Positions 38,339 to 47,175 are shown, numbered from the stretch's first letter. The stretch: DNA of 64,000 nucleotides from an uncultured Planctomycetaceae bacterium (GCA_903861195.1 CAIOTJ010000344.1:571-64570); one strand, 5' to 3'. The notes: generated by a model not told the origin, from the sequence alone. Numbers and translations: made by a program.

Positions 38339-39166
38339 ATGACTACGACGATCAGCAAGGTTCTGACGGTGCTCGTTACGGCACTGTCGCTGGCCTTTCT
38401 GGGAGCGGCAGCGGTCTCCAGCATCGCCCGGACCGATTGGAAGGTCAAAGCCAACGAGTATCCGCGGAACAAGACGCAGGAACTGCAGGCCAAGATCGAT
38501 GCCCTGAAGTCCGAGGCAGCAAATTACGCCCAACAGACTCCGCTGGTGGTGGGGGCGATCGACGTCGATCAGAAGTCGATGATTGCCAAGGCGGAGGTCT
38601 TGAAGAACTACTCCATTCAGCAAGAGTCGGAAGACAAGAAGCTGCGTCAGCAGAATGATGCGACCGCCGTGGCGGCGCAGGGAAAACTCGATGTGGACAA
38701 GGCCCGCCGCGAAGAGGTGGTCCGTCTGCAGGCCCAGTTTGAAGAACTGCTGTCACAGCGGTTGGCGGCTGAGGCGGAAGCGGCTCGCTTGCGGGATCTG
38801 CTCAATCAGTCCCGCGGGGTCTTGGAGCGGGCGGCCCGCCGCAACCAGACCTTGAAGACGTCGCTCGGTCGTGGCGATGCGAAGCCGTACGATCCCGCAG
38901 TGGATGAAGACTCTTTGCCCCCCGCCCGTCCCCGGTCGGACGGCGGCTCGGCGGTTCCCGGCGCGATCCGCCCCAATCCCCCTGCGAAGGAGGCTGCGGA
39001 GGCCGAGAGTCCCGCGGCTCCGGAGACCGAGGAATCGATTGGAGAAGAAGACTCGGATGCGGAGATGTCGGACGAGCCGATGCTGGACGATCCGGTCGAT
39101 GAGGGGGCTGAAGTCGACGATTCGCTCGAAGAACCGGAGCCGGCGGCTGATTCCCGAGATGCCTGA
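38339..39166 (+). CDS. bitopic membrane coiled-coil protein, acidic C-terminal tail (paralog 1)
   Basis: MTTTISKVLTVLVTALSLAFLGAAAVSSIARTDWKVKAN is an N-terminal TM anchor. About 150 aa of heptad-like Q/E/K/A/L sequence follow, then a Pro-rich segment and a strongly acidic tail (EEDSDAEMSDEPMLDDPVDEGAEVDDSLEEPE). Confidence 0.7.
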   Translation: MTTTISKVLTVLVTALSLAFLGAAAVSSIARTDWKVKANEYPRNKTQELQAKIDALKSEAANYAQQTPLVVGAIDVDQKSMIAKAEVLKNYSIQQESEDKKLRQQNDATAVAAQGKLDVDKARREEVVRLQAQFEELLSQRLAAEAEAARLRDLLNQSRGVLERAARRNQTLKTSLGRGDAKPYDPAVDEDSLPPARPRSDGGSAVPGAIRPNPPAKEAAEAESPAAPETEESIGEEDSDAEMSDEPMLDDPVDEGAEVDDSLEEPEPAADSRDA

Positions 39167-39288
39167 TCCGCGGCGGAGGCTCTGCCCGAGGCGGAGCTCG
39201 TCGAGCTCGTTGGACTGGATTGGTTTTGATGTTTTCCCCGTTTTTTGCACCCTGCCCCGCAGAAGACCACCGCGAGGAGTAGTTACCG

Positions 39289-40164
39289 ATGTCGTTCTTC
39301 GGCAAGATCCTGGTCGTGCTGCAGATGGCGTTGAGCATCTTGTTCATGATGTTCGCCGCCGCGGTGTACAACACGCACATCAACTGGCGTGAGCAGGCCA
39401 ACACGCAGAAGAAGGCGGCTGAGAAAGCCACTGTCGAGAAGAATAATCTGGCCCAGGAGACCAAGACCCAGTTGGACCAGATGAAGCAATCGACAGACGC
39501 GGCTGTGCTGCGCGCCCAGGAGGCCGAGGCCCAGCTGTCGATCATGTCGCAGCAGTTCGAGACGGCCAAGACGCAGTCGGCGACGCTGCAGACTCAGTTG
39601 GCCACCGCCCAGCGGCGTTCGCAGAATTCGGCGGAAGAAGCCAGTGCCCGGAATGATGAAGCCCGCGAGCTGCGCGAGGTGAACAACGTGCAGACCGGGA
39701 TGATCAGCGAGCAGGAACGTGTGAAGGGGGCCCTGCAGGACGAGATCCGCAAGCTCAAGAGCGATCTCGACATTGCGAATGGAAAGAACCGCGGCCTGCT
39801 GGCGCAGATCAGTGGTTTCACCGCGCTGCTCGCCAAGAACGGGATTTCGGCCGACGAAGCGGTCGATCTCGCGAACGCCCAGGAGCCTCCTCCGGCCATT
39901 GAGGGGAAGGTTCGGACGGTTCGCCGTCCCGTCAAATTGGGAAGCTCGGAAACTCTCGGGATCTCTCTGGGGGTCAACGATGGATTGCAGAAGGGGCATG
40001 AGTTGACGGTGTGGCGGCCGGGCAATCTGACCGGCGGCAAGCCCCGCTACCTCGCCAAGATTCGCATTGTCAGCACCGCGCCGGATTCGGCTGTCGGTGA
40101 AGTTTTGGAAGAAACCCGCAGCGGCGCGATTCAGGAGGGGGATAATGTCTCCACGAAGCTCTAG
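39289..40164 (+). CDS. bitopic membrane coiled-coil protein with C-terminal small beta-barrel-like domain (paralog 2)
   Basis: MSFFGKILVVLQMALSILFMMFAAAVYNTHINWREQAN aligns with the N-terminus of the previous protein (K-[VI]-L-x-V-L-x-x-A-L-S-[LI]-x-F...AAAV...W...AN). A long coiled coil follows. The C-terminus IEGKVRTV...LGISLGVNDGLQKGHELTVWR...AKIRIVSTAPDSAVGEVLEE...IQEGDNV has a beta-barrel-like pattern. GAGGAG precedes the ATG. Confidence 0.75.
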   Translation: MSFFGKILVVLQMALSILFMMFAAAVYNTHINWREQANTQKKAAEKATVEKNNLAQETKTQLDQMKQSTDAAVLRAQEAEAQLSIMSQQFETAKTQSATLQTQLATAQRRSQNSAEEASARNDEARELREVNNVQTGMISEQERVKGALQDEIRKLKSDLDIANGKNRGLLAQISGFTALLAKNGISADEAVDLANAQEPPPAIEGKVRTVRRPVKLGSSETLGISLGVNDGLQKGHELTVWRPGNLTGGKPRYLAKIRIVSTAPDSAVGEVLEETRSGAIQEGDNVSTKL

Positions 40165-40306
40165 TCCCCGTAAAGTCAAAGGTTCTCCCGCAGCTCCCGA
40201 CATTTATGTCGCGCTGCTGTTCGTCTCGGTGGCCGCACTGATCGTCGGCTGCACGCTGCTGATGCTCGAGATGAACGTGTACGAGTGGAAAGGGCCCAAT
40301 GGCTAG
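40145..40306 (+). CDS. 53-aa single-pass membrane protein
   Basis: MSPRSSSPRKVKGSPAAPDIYVALLFVSVAALIVGCTLLMLEMNVYEWKGPNG has a basic N-terminus and one TM helix. Its ATG overlaps the last 20 nt of the preceding gene, suggesting translational coupling, and it ends just before the operon terminator. Confidence 0.45.
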   Translation: MSPRSSSPRKVKGSPAAPDIYVALLFVSVAALIVGCTLLMLEMNVYEWKGPNG

Positions 40307-40401
40307 CCGCTCCCTGGCTGGCTGATGGTGCGGCGAACAACTCGCGACGCGACCAACTCGCGAGGTTTGGTCCGGCCTGTCCTTGGGATGACAATGCGAC
40401 T

Positions 40402-40448
40402 ACAGCCTGAGATGGTCCGTGAGAGACCATTTCAGGCTGTTTCTGTTT
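40402..40448 (+). terminator. strong intrinsic terminator of the coiled-coil operon
   Basis: 16-bp stem (acagcctgagatggtc / gaccatttcaggctgt, one G-U pair) with a 7-nt loop, followed by ttctgttt. Confidence 0.7.
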
Positions 40449-40626
40449 CCGAACGGGGCCGCCGCTCCGAACCGCGATGGGCCGAACCGAGGCCGGCTGG
40501 CAACTCAGTCCGGCCGGGGCAAGCGTGACGGGTTCAGAGTTCTGGCGGTTGTAGTCCCCCAGTCGCGAATCGCTGCCCAGTGTGAGGTCGTTGGCGCAGC
40601 AGGCCCGGCCGGTGGACCATTGTGTC

Positions 40627-41043
40627 TCAACGATCTCGCAACAGGTCGCGAATCTCGGTCAGAAGCTCCTGGTCTTTGGTGGGGGGAGGCGGGGCGGCGG
40701 CCTCGGTCTGCTTGGCCTTCGTCAGAAAGCCCAGAAACTTCACGATGAAGAGCCAGATCGCGGCGGCGATCACCAGGAAGTTGATCACTGTTCCCAGGAA
40801 TTCGCCGAACAGGATCGGTCCAACTTTCCAGGCTTTGTACCCTTCCGGGTCGGGCATGATCATGCCAATCGCCGGCATGATGATGTGGTTGACCAGCGAG
40901 TCCACGATTTTTCCGAAGGCACCGCCGATGATCACGCCCACCGCGAGATCAACGACGTTCCCCTTCATGATGAACGATTTGAACTCCTCGAGCAGTGAAA
41001 AAGCGGCATGGGTGGGATCGTTCAGTCGATCATTAGATGGCAT
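40627..41043 (-). CDS. mscL: large-conductance mechanosensitive channel
   Basis: EFKSFIMKGNVVDLAVGVIIGGAFGKIVDSLVNHIIMP...FGEFLGTVINFLVIAAAIWLFIVK matches MscL TM1/TM2. Start at the ATG at 41041-43 (MPSNDRL...), with GGAG 6 nt upstream. The 227-aa track ORF is an upstream extension. Confidence 0.9.
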   Translation of the reverse strand: MPSNDRLNDPTHAAFSLLEEFKSFIMKGNVVDLAVGVIIGGAFGKIVDSLVNHIIMPAIGMIMPDPEGYKAWKVGPILFGEFLGTVINFLVIAAAIWLFIVKFLGFLTKAKQTEAAAPPPPTKDQELLTEIRDLLRDR

Positions 41044-41125
41044 GTTCACTCCAGTAAACAGGGGGAGACGGTTGGCCTCAATCAGGGTCACGGGCCAGCC
41101 AGATGACATCCAGACCCTTCGCGAA

Positions 41126-41155
41126 AATCTAAAGCCCGGTGCCGCGCCGAGGCAA
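41126..41155 (-). promoter_or_regulatory. promoter candidate TTGCCT-N18-TAGATT for mscL
   Basis: The minus strand reads cgcTTGCCTcggcgcggcaccgggcttTAGATTttc. It uses the same 18-nt spacing as the other candidates. Confidence 0.4.
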
Positions 41156-41231
41156 GCGACCGTCCGGAGGGTGTGCAGATCCGGCAGGAATGCCTGATTG
41201 TTTCCGGCGGGTTGACCCGGTGTGACGCGAC

Positions 41232-42416
41232 TCAGCCCCGGGGACGCCGGCGACGGGATTTTCCCGTGCCAGCCAGCCACTCGGACACGGCTTCCGCCTG
41301 GTGTTTCCACTCTTTCGTCAGCCGTTGTTGGCAGAACGCCTGAAACAACAGGTCGAGTGTTTCGGTCAGGCGTCGCAGGCTGGCGATCCGTTCCTCGTGC
41401 GGGGTGCTCTCCGGGGGACGCTCGGCGGGATCGATCGCCGCTCCGCCGACAGTCATGGTCTCGGGCTGCAGGGTCAGGTCGTAGGTCTCCCCCTCGCGTA
41501 CCAGTGTCAGGCCGACCCGGCGCGGCAGCTTGCCAGACTGAATCGCCAGAAAGGCCTCCGGCAGTGCGGTGGGGATTTCCGCGGAAATCGTGTCTTTCCC
41601 CGTCTCACCCCGGGGACACTGAAGCGACAGCGTGCGCGACAACATGGCGGTGACCTGCGTGCCGTCCGATAGCGACACAACATCGTCCCGGGTGTCGAGC
41701 CACCACCAGAGCCAGAGCAGGAACTCATTTCCAAGCCAGTCCGCGCAGTCACCCCGGTCGTTGAGCCAGTCAAATTGCTCGACCGCCTCGGGTGCGGCCA
41801 GGCGGCTGGGTTGCAGTCCGTCCCAACCAGACTGCCAGCCGTTTTGTTCGGCCAGTTGTTCGGCCAGGCCGCCGGCCGTCAGCCGCTCGAGCCGGACATT
41901 GAACGCGAGCTCAAACAAAGCCCGCAGGTGATCCTGAACGGTGTTGCTGGCGGAGCCGATGTAGACCAGCCCGGACTGCAGGTCCCACAGGAAGAGAGAC
42001 TGCTGCATTCGCAGGAATCGGCCCGATTTTAGCTCTTCCTCACAGCGGGCCTGGACCGCCTCGCGGGCCTCCTGACGCATGTTTCGCGTGATCCGACCGG
42101 TTTCCGAGCCGCGCGCCAGGGCCGCCAGTTCGATTTCGAGCCAGGCTTTCCGCAGGGGGGCGGGGACGCGGCTGACGTCGATCCGGATCGCGGCGTGGAG
42201 TGTCTCCGCGATGATGTTTTTCGCCGGCTCGAACTCGAGGTCGAACAGGTGCCGACCAGCCAGGAAACCCACCCGCGGAGCCTCGGGTGAGTCAGTGTTT
42301 CCTTCCGCGATGGCATGCTTGCGGAGTTGTCTCAACTGTTCCTCGCCGAATTGGCGCGGCGCTTTTCCCGAGACCACAAAGCGATCGAAAGAAACACGTC
42401 CAGACAGAAAAGGCAT
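41232..42416 (-). CDS. RdgC-like recombination-associated protein (tentative)
   Basis: Start at the ATG at 42414-16 (MPFLSGRVSFDRFVV...). The central block GRITRNMRQEAREAVQARCEEELKSGRFLRMQQSLFLWDLQSGLVYIGSASNTVQDHLRALFELAFNVRLERLT follows the RdgC pattern (kk-E-k..lKdev...LpraF....a.iD...g.l.vdass.k.ae.l..LR..l). The ORF is clearly coding, but the family call is tentative. Confidence 0.5.
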   Translation of the reverse strand: MPFLSGRVSFDRFVVSGKAPRQFGEEQLRQLRKHAIAEGNTDSPEAPRVGFLAGRHLFDLEFEPAKNIIAETLHAAIRIDVSRVPAPLRKAWLEIELAALARGSETGRITRNMRQEAREAVQARCEEELKSGRFLRMQQSLFLWDLQSGLVYIGSASNTVQDHLRALFELAFNVRLERLTAGGLAEQLAEQNGWQSGWDGLQPSRLAAPEAVEQFDWLNDRGDCADWLGNEFLLWLWWWLDTRDDVVSLSDGTQVTAMLSRTLSLQCPRGETGKDTISAEIPTALPEAFLAIQSGKLPRRVGLTLVREGETYDLTLQPETMTVGGAAIDPAERPPESTPHEERIASLRRLTETLDLLFQAFCQQRLTKEWKHQAEAVSEWLAGTGKSRRRRPRG

Positions 42417-42548
42417 CGTGAGGCCGTGGAGGGAGGGGCGGAAGCGGGGCTCGGCGGGCGGGTCCCGGGGATGGTGCCGTGGGAGGTCTTCGGGAGAAGA
42501 GACTGGCGGTGTCTTCCCCGGCACTGCGAGCCACGCGGGTGCAGTGCC

Positions 42549-42586
42549 AAAAAAAATCGAACCGCCCCAATCCGGAGCGGTTCGAT
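42549..42586 (-). terminator. canonical intrinsic terminator ending the TlpA-TlpA-DUF1592-DUF1552 operon
   Basis: Perfect 10-bp stem ATCGAACCGC/GCGGTTCGAT with an 11-nt loop. On the minus strand it is followed by eight consecutive U (plus-strand A-run 42549-42556). It lies 25 nt after the DUF1552 stop. Confidence 0.8.
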
Positions 42587-42610
42587 GGAATCATCCGGTG
42601 TTGTCTGAGA

Positions 42611-43960
42611 TCAACTCAGATTGATTTTCCCCGTACTGTCTCCCATATGCTCGGCCGGCACTCCCATGCGCTCCAGCAACGAGAGATACAGGTTGTTGAG
42701 TGGAGTGCCATTCTCATACTTGATGTGTCGCCCGGGAGTGAGGGTGCCCGCTCCGCGACCAGCCAGCAGCACGGGGAGGTTGTCGTGGTTGTGGGCGTTG
42801 CCATCGCCGATTCCGGATCCGTAGACAATCTGGCAACGGTCCAGCAGTGAACCGTCTCCTTCCGGGATCGACTTCAGCCGCCCCAGCAGGTAGGCAAATT
42901 GTTCGATGTGGAACCGGTTGATCTTCTTGATCTTCTCATGCTTGGCGGCATCGTTCCCGTGATGCGACAGGTCATGATGCCCTTCGGGCACCTCGATGAA
43001 GGCGTAACTCTTGTTGCTCCCCTCGTTGGCGAGGACGAACGTGCTGACTCGGGTCACGTCGGTCTGGAAGGCCAGCACCATCAGGTCTCCCATCAGGCGG
43101 ATGTGTTCGCCGTAGTCTTTGGGAATCCCGCCCGGAATCGCCTGGCCCGAGACAGCCGTCAGGTCGATTGGCTTGCTGGCGGCCGCAATCCGCAGTTCGA
43201 TTTCGCGGACGGCTCCCAGGTATTCATCCAGCTTGCGCTGGTCATTCACCCCGAGCCGGGTCCGCAAACGCTGGGCGTCTTCTCGGACGAAATCGAGCAC
43301 GCTCTTCTGATTGCGCTCGCGGCGGGCCCGCGCTTCGGCGGTTTCGCCGGGACGCCCGTTGGTGAAGAGCCGCTCATACACCGACCGGGGGTTGTTCTCT
43401 TTCACCAGTGGCTGCGTGGCTGACTTCCAGGCAATGTTCGACGAATAGGCACAGCTGTAGCCCGAGTCGCAGTTGCCCGACTGGGCGCCAGCATCGCAGC
43501 CGAGTTCCAGAGAGGGGAAGCGGGTGTGTCGCCCGAGTTGATCAGCGGCGATCTGGTCGGCCGAGACCCCGACGCGGATATCGGCCCCGTGGGTCTTCTT
43601 GGCCTGACAACCGGTGAGGAACGAGGCCAGAGCCCGGGCATGGTCGCCGGGACCGTCCCCGTTGGCATTGGCCTTTGACTGGGTCAGCCCGGTCAGGATG
43701 CTGAAATCGGACTTCAAACCGGCGAGTGGTTCGAGGATGTGCGGCAGGACGTAGTCGGTTCCCTCAGCCGTGGGTGTCCAATCCTGCATGTGGACACCGT
43801 TGGGAACGTAGAAGAACGCCAGGCGCATCGGGCCCGCAGGGGCCCCGGCCGGCGCCGCCTGGCTGACCGAGGGGAGCATCCCCTCCAAAAAGGGGAGGGC
43901 CATGGCGGTTCCCAGTCCCCGCAGGGCGGTCCGCCGGGTGATCTCGAACGACTTGCTCAT
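42611..43960 (-). CDS. DUF1552 (HxxSHH) domain-containing protein, Tat signal
   Basis: MSKSFEITRRTALRGLGTAMALPFLEG is the Tat signal. FFYVPNGV and the signature EGHHDLSHHGN are present. The start overlaps the upstream stop by 4 nt. Confidence 0.9.
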   Translation of the reverse strand: MSKSFEITRRTALRGLGTAMALPFLEGMLPSVSQAAPAGAPAGPMRLAFFYVPNGVHMQDWTPTAEGTDYVLPHILEPLAGLKSDFSILTGLTQSKANANGDGPGDHARALASFLTGCQAKKTHGADIRVGVSADQIAADQLGRHTRFPSLELGCDAGAQSGNCDSGYSCAYSSNIAWKSATQPLVKENNPRSVYERLFTNGRPGETAEARARRERNQKSVLDFVREDAQRLRTRLGVNDQRKLDEYLGAVREIELRIAAASKPIDLTAVSGQAIPGGIPKDYGEHIRLMGDLMVLAFQTDVTRVSTFVLANEGSNKSYAFIEVPEGHHDLSHHGNDAAKHEKIKKINRFHIEQFAYLLGRLKSIPEGDGSLLDRCQIVYGSGIGDGNAHNHDNLPVLLAGRGAGTLTPGRHIKYENGTPLNNLYLSLLERMGVPAEHMGDSTGKINLS

Positions 43961-46257
43961 GGTTCGTCTCCACGCTTGGCACGACGCTTCTGGAACGGAT
44001 CACTGGAAACGATCTCCAGCACCACCGCCGCAAAGGTGTCCCGGTTGGTTTCGATGTTCCGCACCATCTGGTTCACCACGCACTCATCATAGTACTCCAG
44101 CCCGCGCCCGAGTGCATAGGTCAGCAGCTTCTCCGTGAGGCATCTTCGGAACTCGGCACTGCGTCCCTTGAGAATCTGTCGCAGCTCACCCGGAGACTGG
44201 AACGACGCCCCTCCCGGCAACGAGCCGGAGGCGTCAATCGCGAATTCTCCATCCTTTTCGCGCCAACCTCCCACAGCGTCATAATTCTCCAACCCGAAGC
44301 CCAGGGCATCCATCTGGGTGTGGCAGACGGCGCACGAGGGATTGGCCCGATGCTGTTCCATCCGCTGCCGCAGGCTGCCGGTCAGTTGCTGGTCCTTGTT
44401 GTCTTTCAGCTCGGGGACGTTGGGGGGCGGGGGGGGCGGGGGGGCGTTGAAAATGTTCTCCAGCACCCATTTGCCTCGTTTCACCGGTGAGGTGCGGGTG
44501 GGGTTGGAAGTGACTGTGAGAATGCTCGCATGACCGAGGAGTCCGCCCCGTTGAGAGTTCGGAAGCATGACCCGCCGAAACTCTTCGCCGGTCACATTGG
44601 GAATTTGATAGTGCTGGGCAAGACGTTCATTGAGAAACGTGTCTGCCGAGTCGAGCAGGTCGAAGATGCTGCGGTCTTCCCGCATCACCGACTCAAAAAA
44701 CAGGCGGGTCTCCTGCTCCATGTCTGCCCGCAGCTTGTCGTCGAAACCCGGGAACCGCCCCTTGTCCGGATTGATCGTTCGCAGCAGGCGGAGGTTCAGC
44801 CATTGCCCGGCAAAGTTTTCGACCAGTGCCGAGGATTTGGGATCCTTCAACATGCGCAACACCTGGGTCCGCAGGTTGTCTCCCTGCCTCAGGCTTCCGG
44901 CGGCCGCCAACTGCAGGAGTTCTTCGTCGGGGAGGCTGCTCCAGAGAAAGTAGGACAGGCGGGTGGCGAGCTCCCAATCGTTGATGGTCCGGACGGCGGG
45001 GGCGTCGGACTCCTGGGAATCGGGCTCCAGGCGGAACACGAATTCCGGAGACACCAGCACCACCTGCAGGGCCAATTGGAGGCCCCGTTCAAAGCTGTCT
45101 CCCGCCGTCACCGCCTGCTCGACCAAAGCGGTCAGCCGCCGGACCTCTTCGTCCGACACAGGCCTGCGCCAGGCCCGGGTCATGAGGGGCTTGAGAATCT
45201 TCTGGCAGCAGACAGCCAGTTGGTCGGGCGTCTCGGGACGGCAGGTCACGATGGCCCGATGGGATGCCGGCAGGTTTTCGGGGAGCACATTCAGTGGCCC
45301 GAACGCCTGGAGACGCTCGACAACCAGGTTGCGGTCCCGATTGTTCGGATTCGGATCGTCCGGCTTATAGAAGTCATTGATGAACTTCACCGAAAAAGTC
45401 TGCTTGCCCGGCTCGATCGTGACATTGACATCGTAATCGGCTCCCTGGCCTCCGGCGGCCTCCACGGAAATCGTCTCGAGCAACCGCTCGCCAAGCCGAA
45501 TTTCCATCTTGGCCAGCTCATCCCCAGCCTGCATGGCCCAGGCGCGAGTCCGCAGGCGATAGAGACCGGGGGCGGGGGCGGTGAACTCCAGCGATGTCTG
45601 CCCGACCGAGGCCAGCGTCCGGCCCTTTTCGGTGGCGATGGGCTTGGGTTCGGCATCCGGGGCGACGATCGCCAGTTCGGCAATCTGCTCGGCTGCCCCC
45701 ACATACTTCTCGAGCAGCACGGGAGGCAGGGTCAGCACGTCGCCGATGTTATCGAAGCCGTATCCCACATCATCCGACGGAAAGTCGTTGGCCGGTTTGA
45801 AATCGACCAGCAACAGATCGCGGATGGTGTTGTTGTACTCGGCCCGATTCAGTCGGCGGACAGTCACGCGACCAGGGTTGATGCCGACACTGCAGTCGAC
45901 CTTGAGAATCCGCTGCTCCAACCAGTTGAGAACGGCGGTCCGTTCTTTGTCATCGGGCTGGGGGTCTTCGGGAGGCATGCTGCCGGCATCGAGCACGGCC
46001 CGAACACGTTCCGCGAGTTGCCGGTACTTGCGGACGTCGGCCTCCGTCTCAATCTTGTCGAATGCCAACCCTCCCTTGGCCTTCTCTCCCGCGTGGCACT
46101 TCAGGCAATAGGTGGCGATAAAAGGAATGACCTGTCGTTCGAAATCGGCGATTTCCGCTTCGGCGGGACGGGGCTGAGGAGCTTCCTGGGCCACGCTGAA
46201 TGTGAACAGCGTGAGCACCAGAGGACCCGCGGTCAGGAATGCGGGGAGGCATCGCAT
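43957..46257 (-). CDS. CxxCH haem-c + DUF1587/DUF1592/DUF1595/DUF1588/DUF1585-family protein
   Basis: Start set to MRCLPAFLTAGPLVLTLFTFSVAQE (signal peptide, ATG at 46255-57). YCLKCHAGEKAKGGLAFD is the haem-c motif. C-terminal blocks SPVKRGKWVLENIF and CAVCHTQMDALGFGLENYDAVGGWR are present. Confidence 0.9.
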   Translation of the reverse strand: MRCLPAFLTAGPLVLTLFTFSVAQEAPQPRPAEAEIADFERQVIPFIATYCLKCHAGEKAKGGLAFDKIETEADVRKYRQLAERVRAVLDAGSMPPEDPQPDDKERTAVLNWLEQRILKVDCSVGINPGRVTVRRLNRAEYNNTIRDLLLVDFKPANDFPSDDVGYGFDNIGDVLTLPPVLLEKYVGAAEQIAELAIVAPDAEPKPIATEKGRTLASVGQTSLEFTAPAPGLYRLRTRAWAMQAGDELAKMEIRLGERLLETISVEAAGGQGADYDVNVTIEPGKQTFSVKFINDFYKPDDPNPNNRDRNLVVERLQAFGPLNVLPENLPASHRAIVTCRPETPDQLAVCCQKILKPLMTRAWRRPVSDEEVRRLTALVEQAVTAGDSFERGLQLALQVVLVSPEFVFRLEPDSQESDAPAVRTINDWELATRLSYFLWSSLPDEELLQLAAAGSLRQGDNLRTQVLRMLKDPKSSALVENFAGQWLNLRLLRTINPDKGRFPGFDDKLRADMEQETRLFFESVMREDRSIFDLLDSADTFLNERLAQHYQIPNVTGEEFRRVMLPNSQRGGLLGHASILTVTSNPTRTSPVKRGKWVLENIFNAPPPPPPPNVPELKDNKDQQLTGSLRQRMEQHRANPSCAVCHTQMDALGFGLENYDAVGGWREKDGEFAIDASGSLPGGASFQSPGELRQILKGRSAEFRRCLTEKLLTYALGRGLEYYDECVVNQMVRNIETNRDTFAAVVLEIVSSDPFQKRRAKRGDEP

Positions 46258-46432
46258 GGGAAACCTCGGAACAGAGGCAGGAGGAGGTCCGGAAGGACGG
46301 GCGGGACGATCCATCCTGGCGGGATGGATGCGGACTCGGAAGATCTCCAGCTTAGCGCCGCCTGTGGCCAACCGTCAATCGGGGGGAAAGTCCTGAAAGA
46401 CGGGCCCTACAGGCCGCCGATCTCCCGGACAC

Positions 46433-47143
46433 CTACTCTTCAGCCAGGAGGTTTTCGACAACCGCCTGCAATTCGCGCAACTCGTGGTAGCCCACGTACA
46501 TTAGCCGCAATTTGCCCCGCTTGTCGAAAAACAGGGTCGTGGGGAAGCCTTCGAAATCTGGAATCTGAGCCATGATCCGGTCGGTGATGATCGCACAGCG
46601 ATAGGGAATTCCGAATTTGTCACGGAACTCTCGCACCTTTTGGGCCTGCGCTTCAGGAGAACCATTTTCCTTGTTCAGTCCAACGATCTCCAGCCCGGCG
46701 GAAGCATAGCGTTGATGGAGAGCGATGAAATGGGGGATCTCCTCCCGGCAGGGAGGGCACCAGGTGCCCCAGATGTCGACAATCAGGACCTTGCCCTGGA
46801 ATTCCGACTTGCGCAGCGACTCGCCGGAAATGTCGCGGAGCTGGAAGTCGAACTTGAAGGGAACGGTTTGGGCCATGTCCTGCGCGACGTCGCGGCGGGC
46901 CGACTTCAAATCGATGCTGTCGGACGGCAGCAGGGTTGTGGTGGTCGGCCGGGATTCTCCCTGCGGAGCACAGCCGGAAGCCAGGATGGTGGCGAATCCC
47001 CAAGCCAACAGCAGGCGGATGGATTGAGACGGTCGTACCAAGATGAGACCTGACAAAGCGATTGAACCCTTGGAAAAAGGGGTGCCGATCTCTGGAGAAA
47101 ACCCACCGTGCCCGGGAGAGACCTCCCGGACACGGTGGGACAC
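46433..47143 (-). CDS. TlpA/ResA-family thiol-disulfide oxidoreductase lipoprotein
   Basis: Thioredoxin fold with the active site WGTWCPPCREEIPHF, and lipobox ILASGC. The track start is a GTG. A TTG at 47039-41 (MVRPSQSIRLLLAWGFATILASGC) would give a cleaner signal peptide, so the start is uncertain. Confidence 0.8.
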   Translation of the reverse strand: MSHRVREVSPGHGGFSPEIGTPFSKGSIALSGLILVRPSQSIRLLLAWGFATILASGCAPQGESRPTTTTLLPSDSIDLKSARRDVAQDMAQTVPFKFDFQLRDISGESLRKSEFQGKVLIVDIWGTWCPPCREEIPHFIALHQRYASAGLEIVGLNKENGSPEAQAQKVREFRDKFGIPYRCAIITDRIMAQIPDFEGFPTTLFFDKRGKLRLMYVGYHELRELQAVVENLLAEE

Positions 47144-47175
47144 ATGTCACAGCAGAACAAGATCCGCGGAACGGC

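Noticed and set aside
46286-46297. 12-mer GGTCCGGAAGGA identical to the SRP (4.5S) RNA helix-8 apical sequence
   Set aside because: The flanks do not continue the helix: only 4 bp close the GGAA loop and the conserved AGCAGC side is absent. The site sits inside the TlpA/DUF1592 operon on the opposite strand. I judge it a coincidence.
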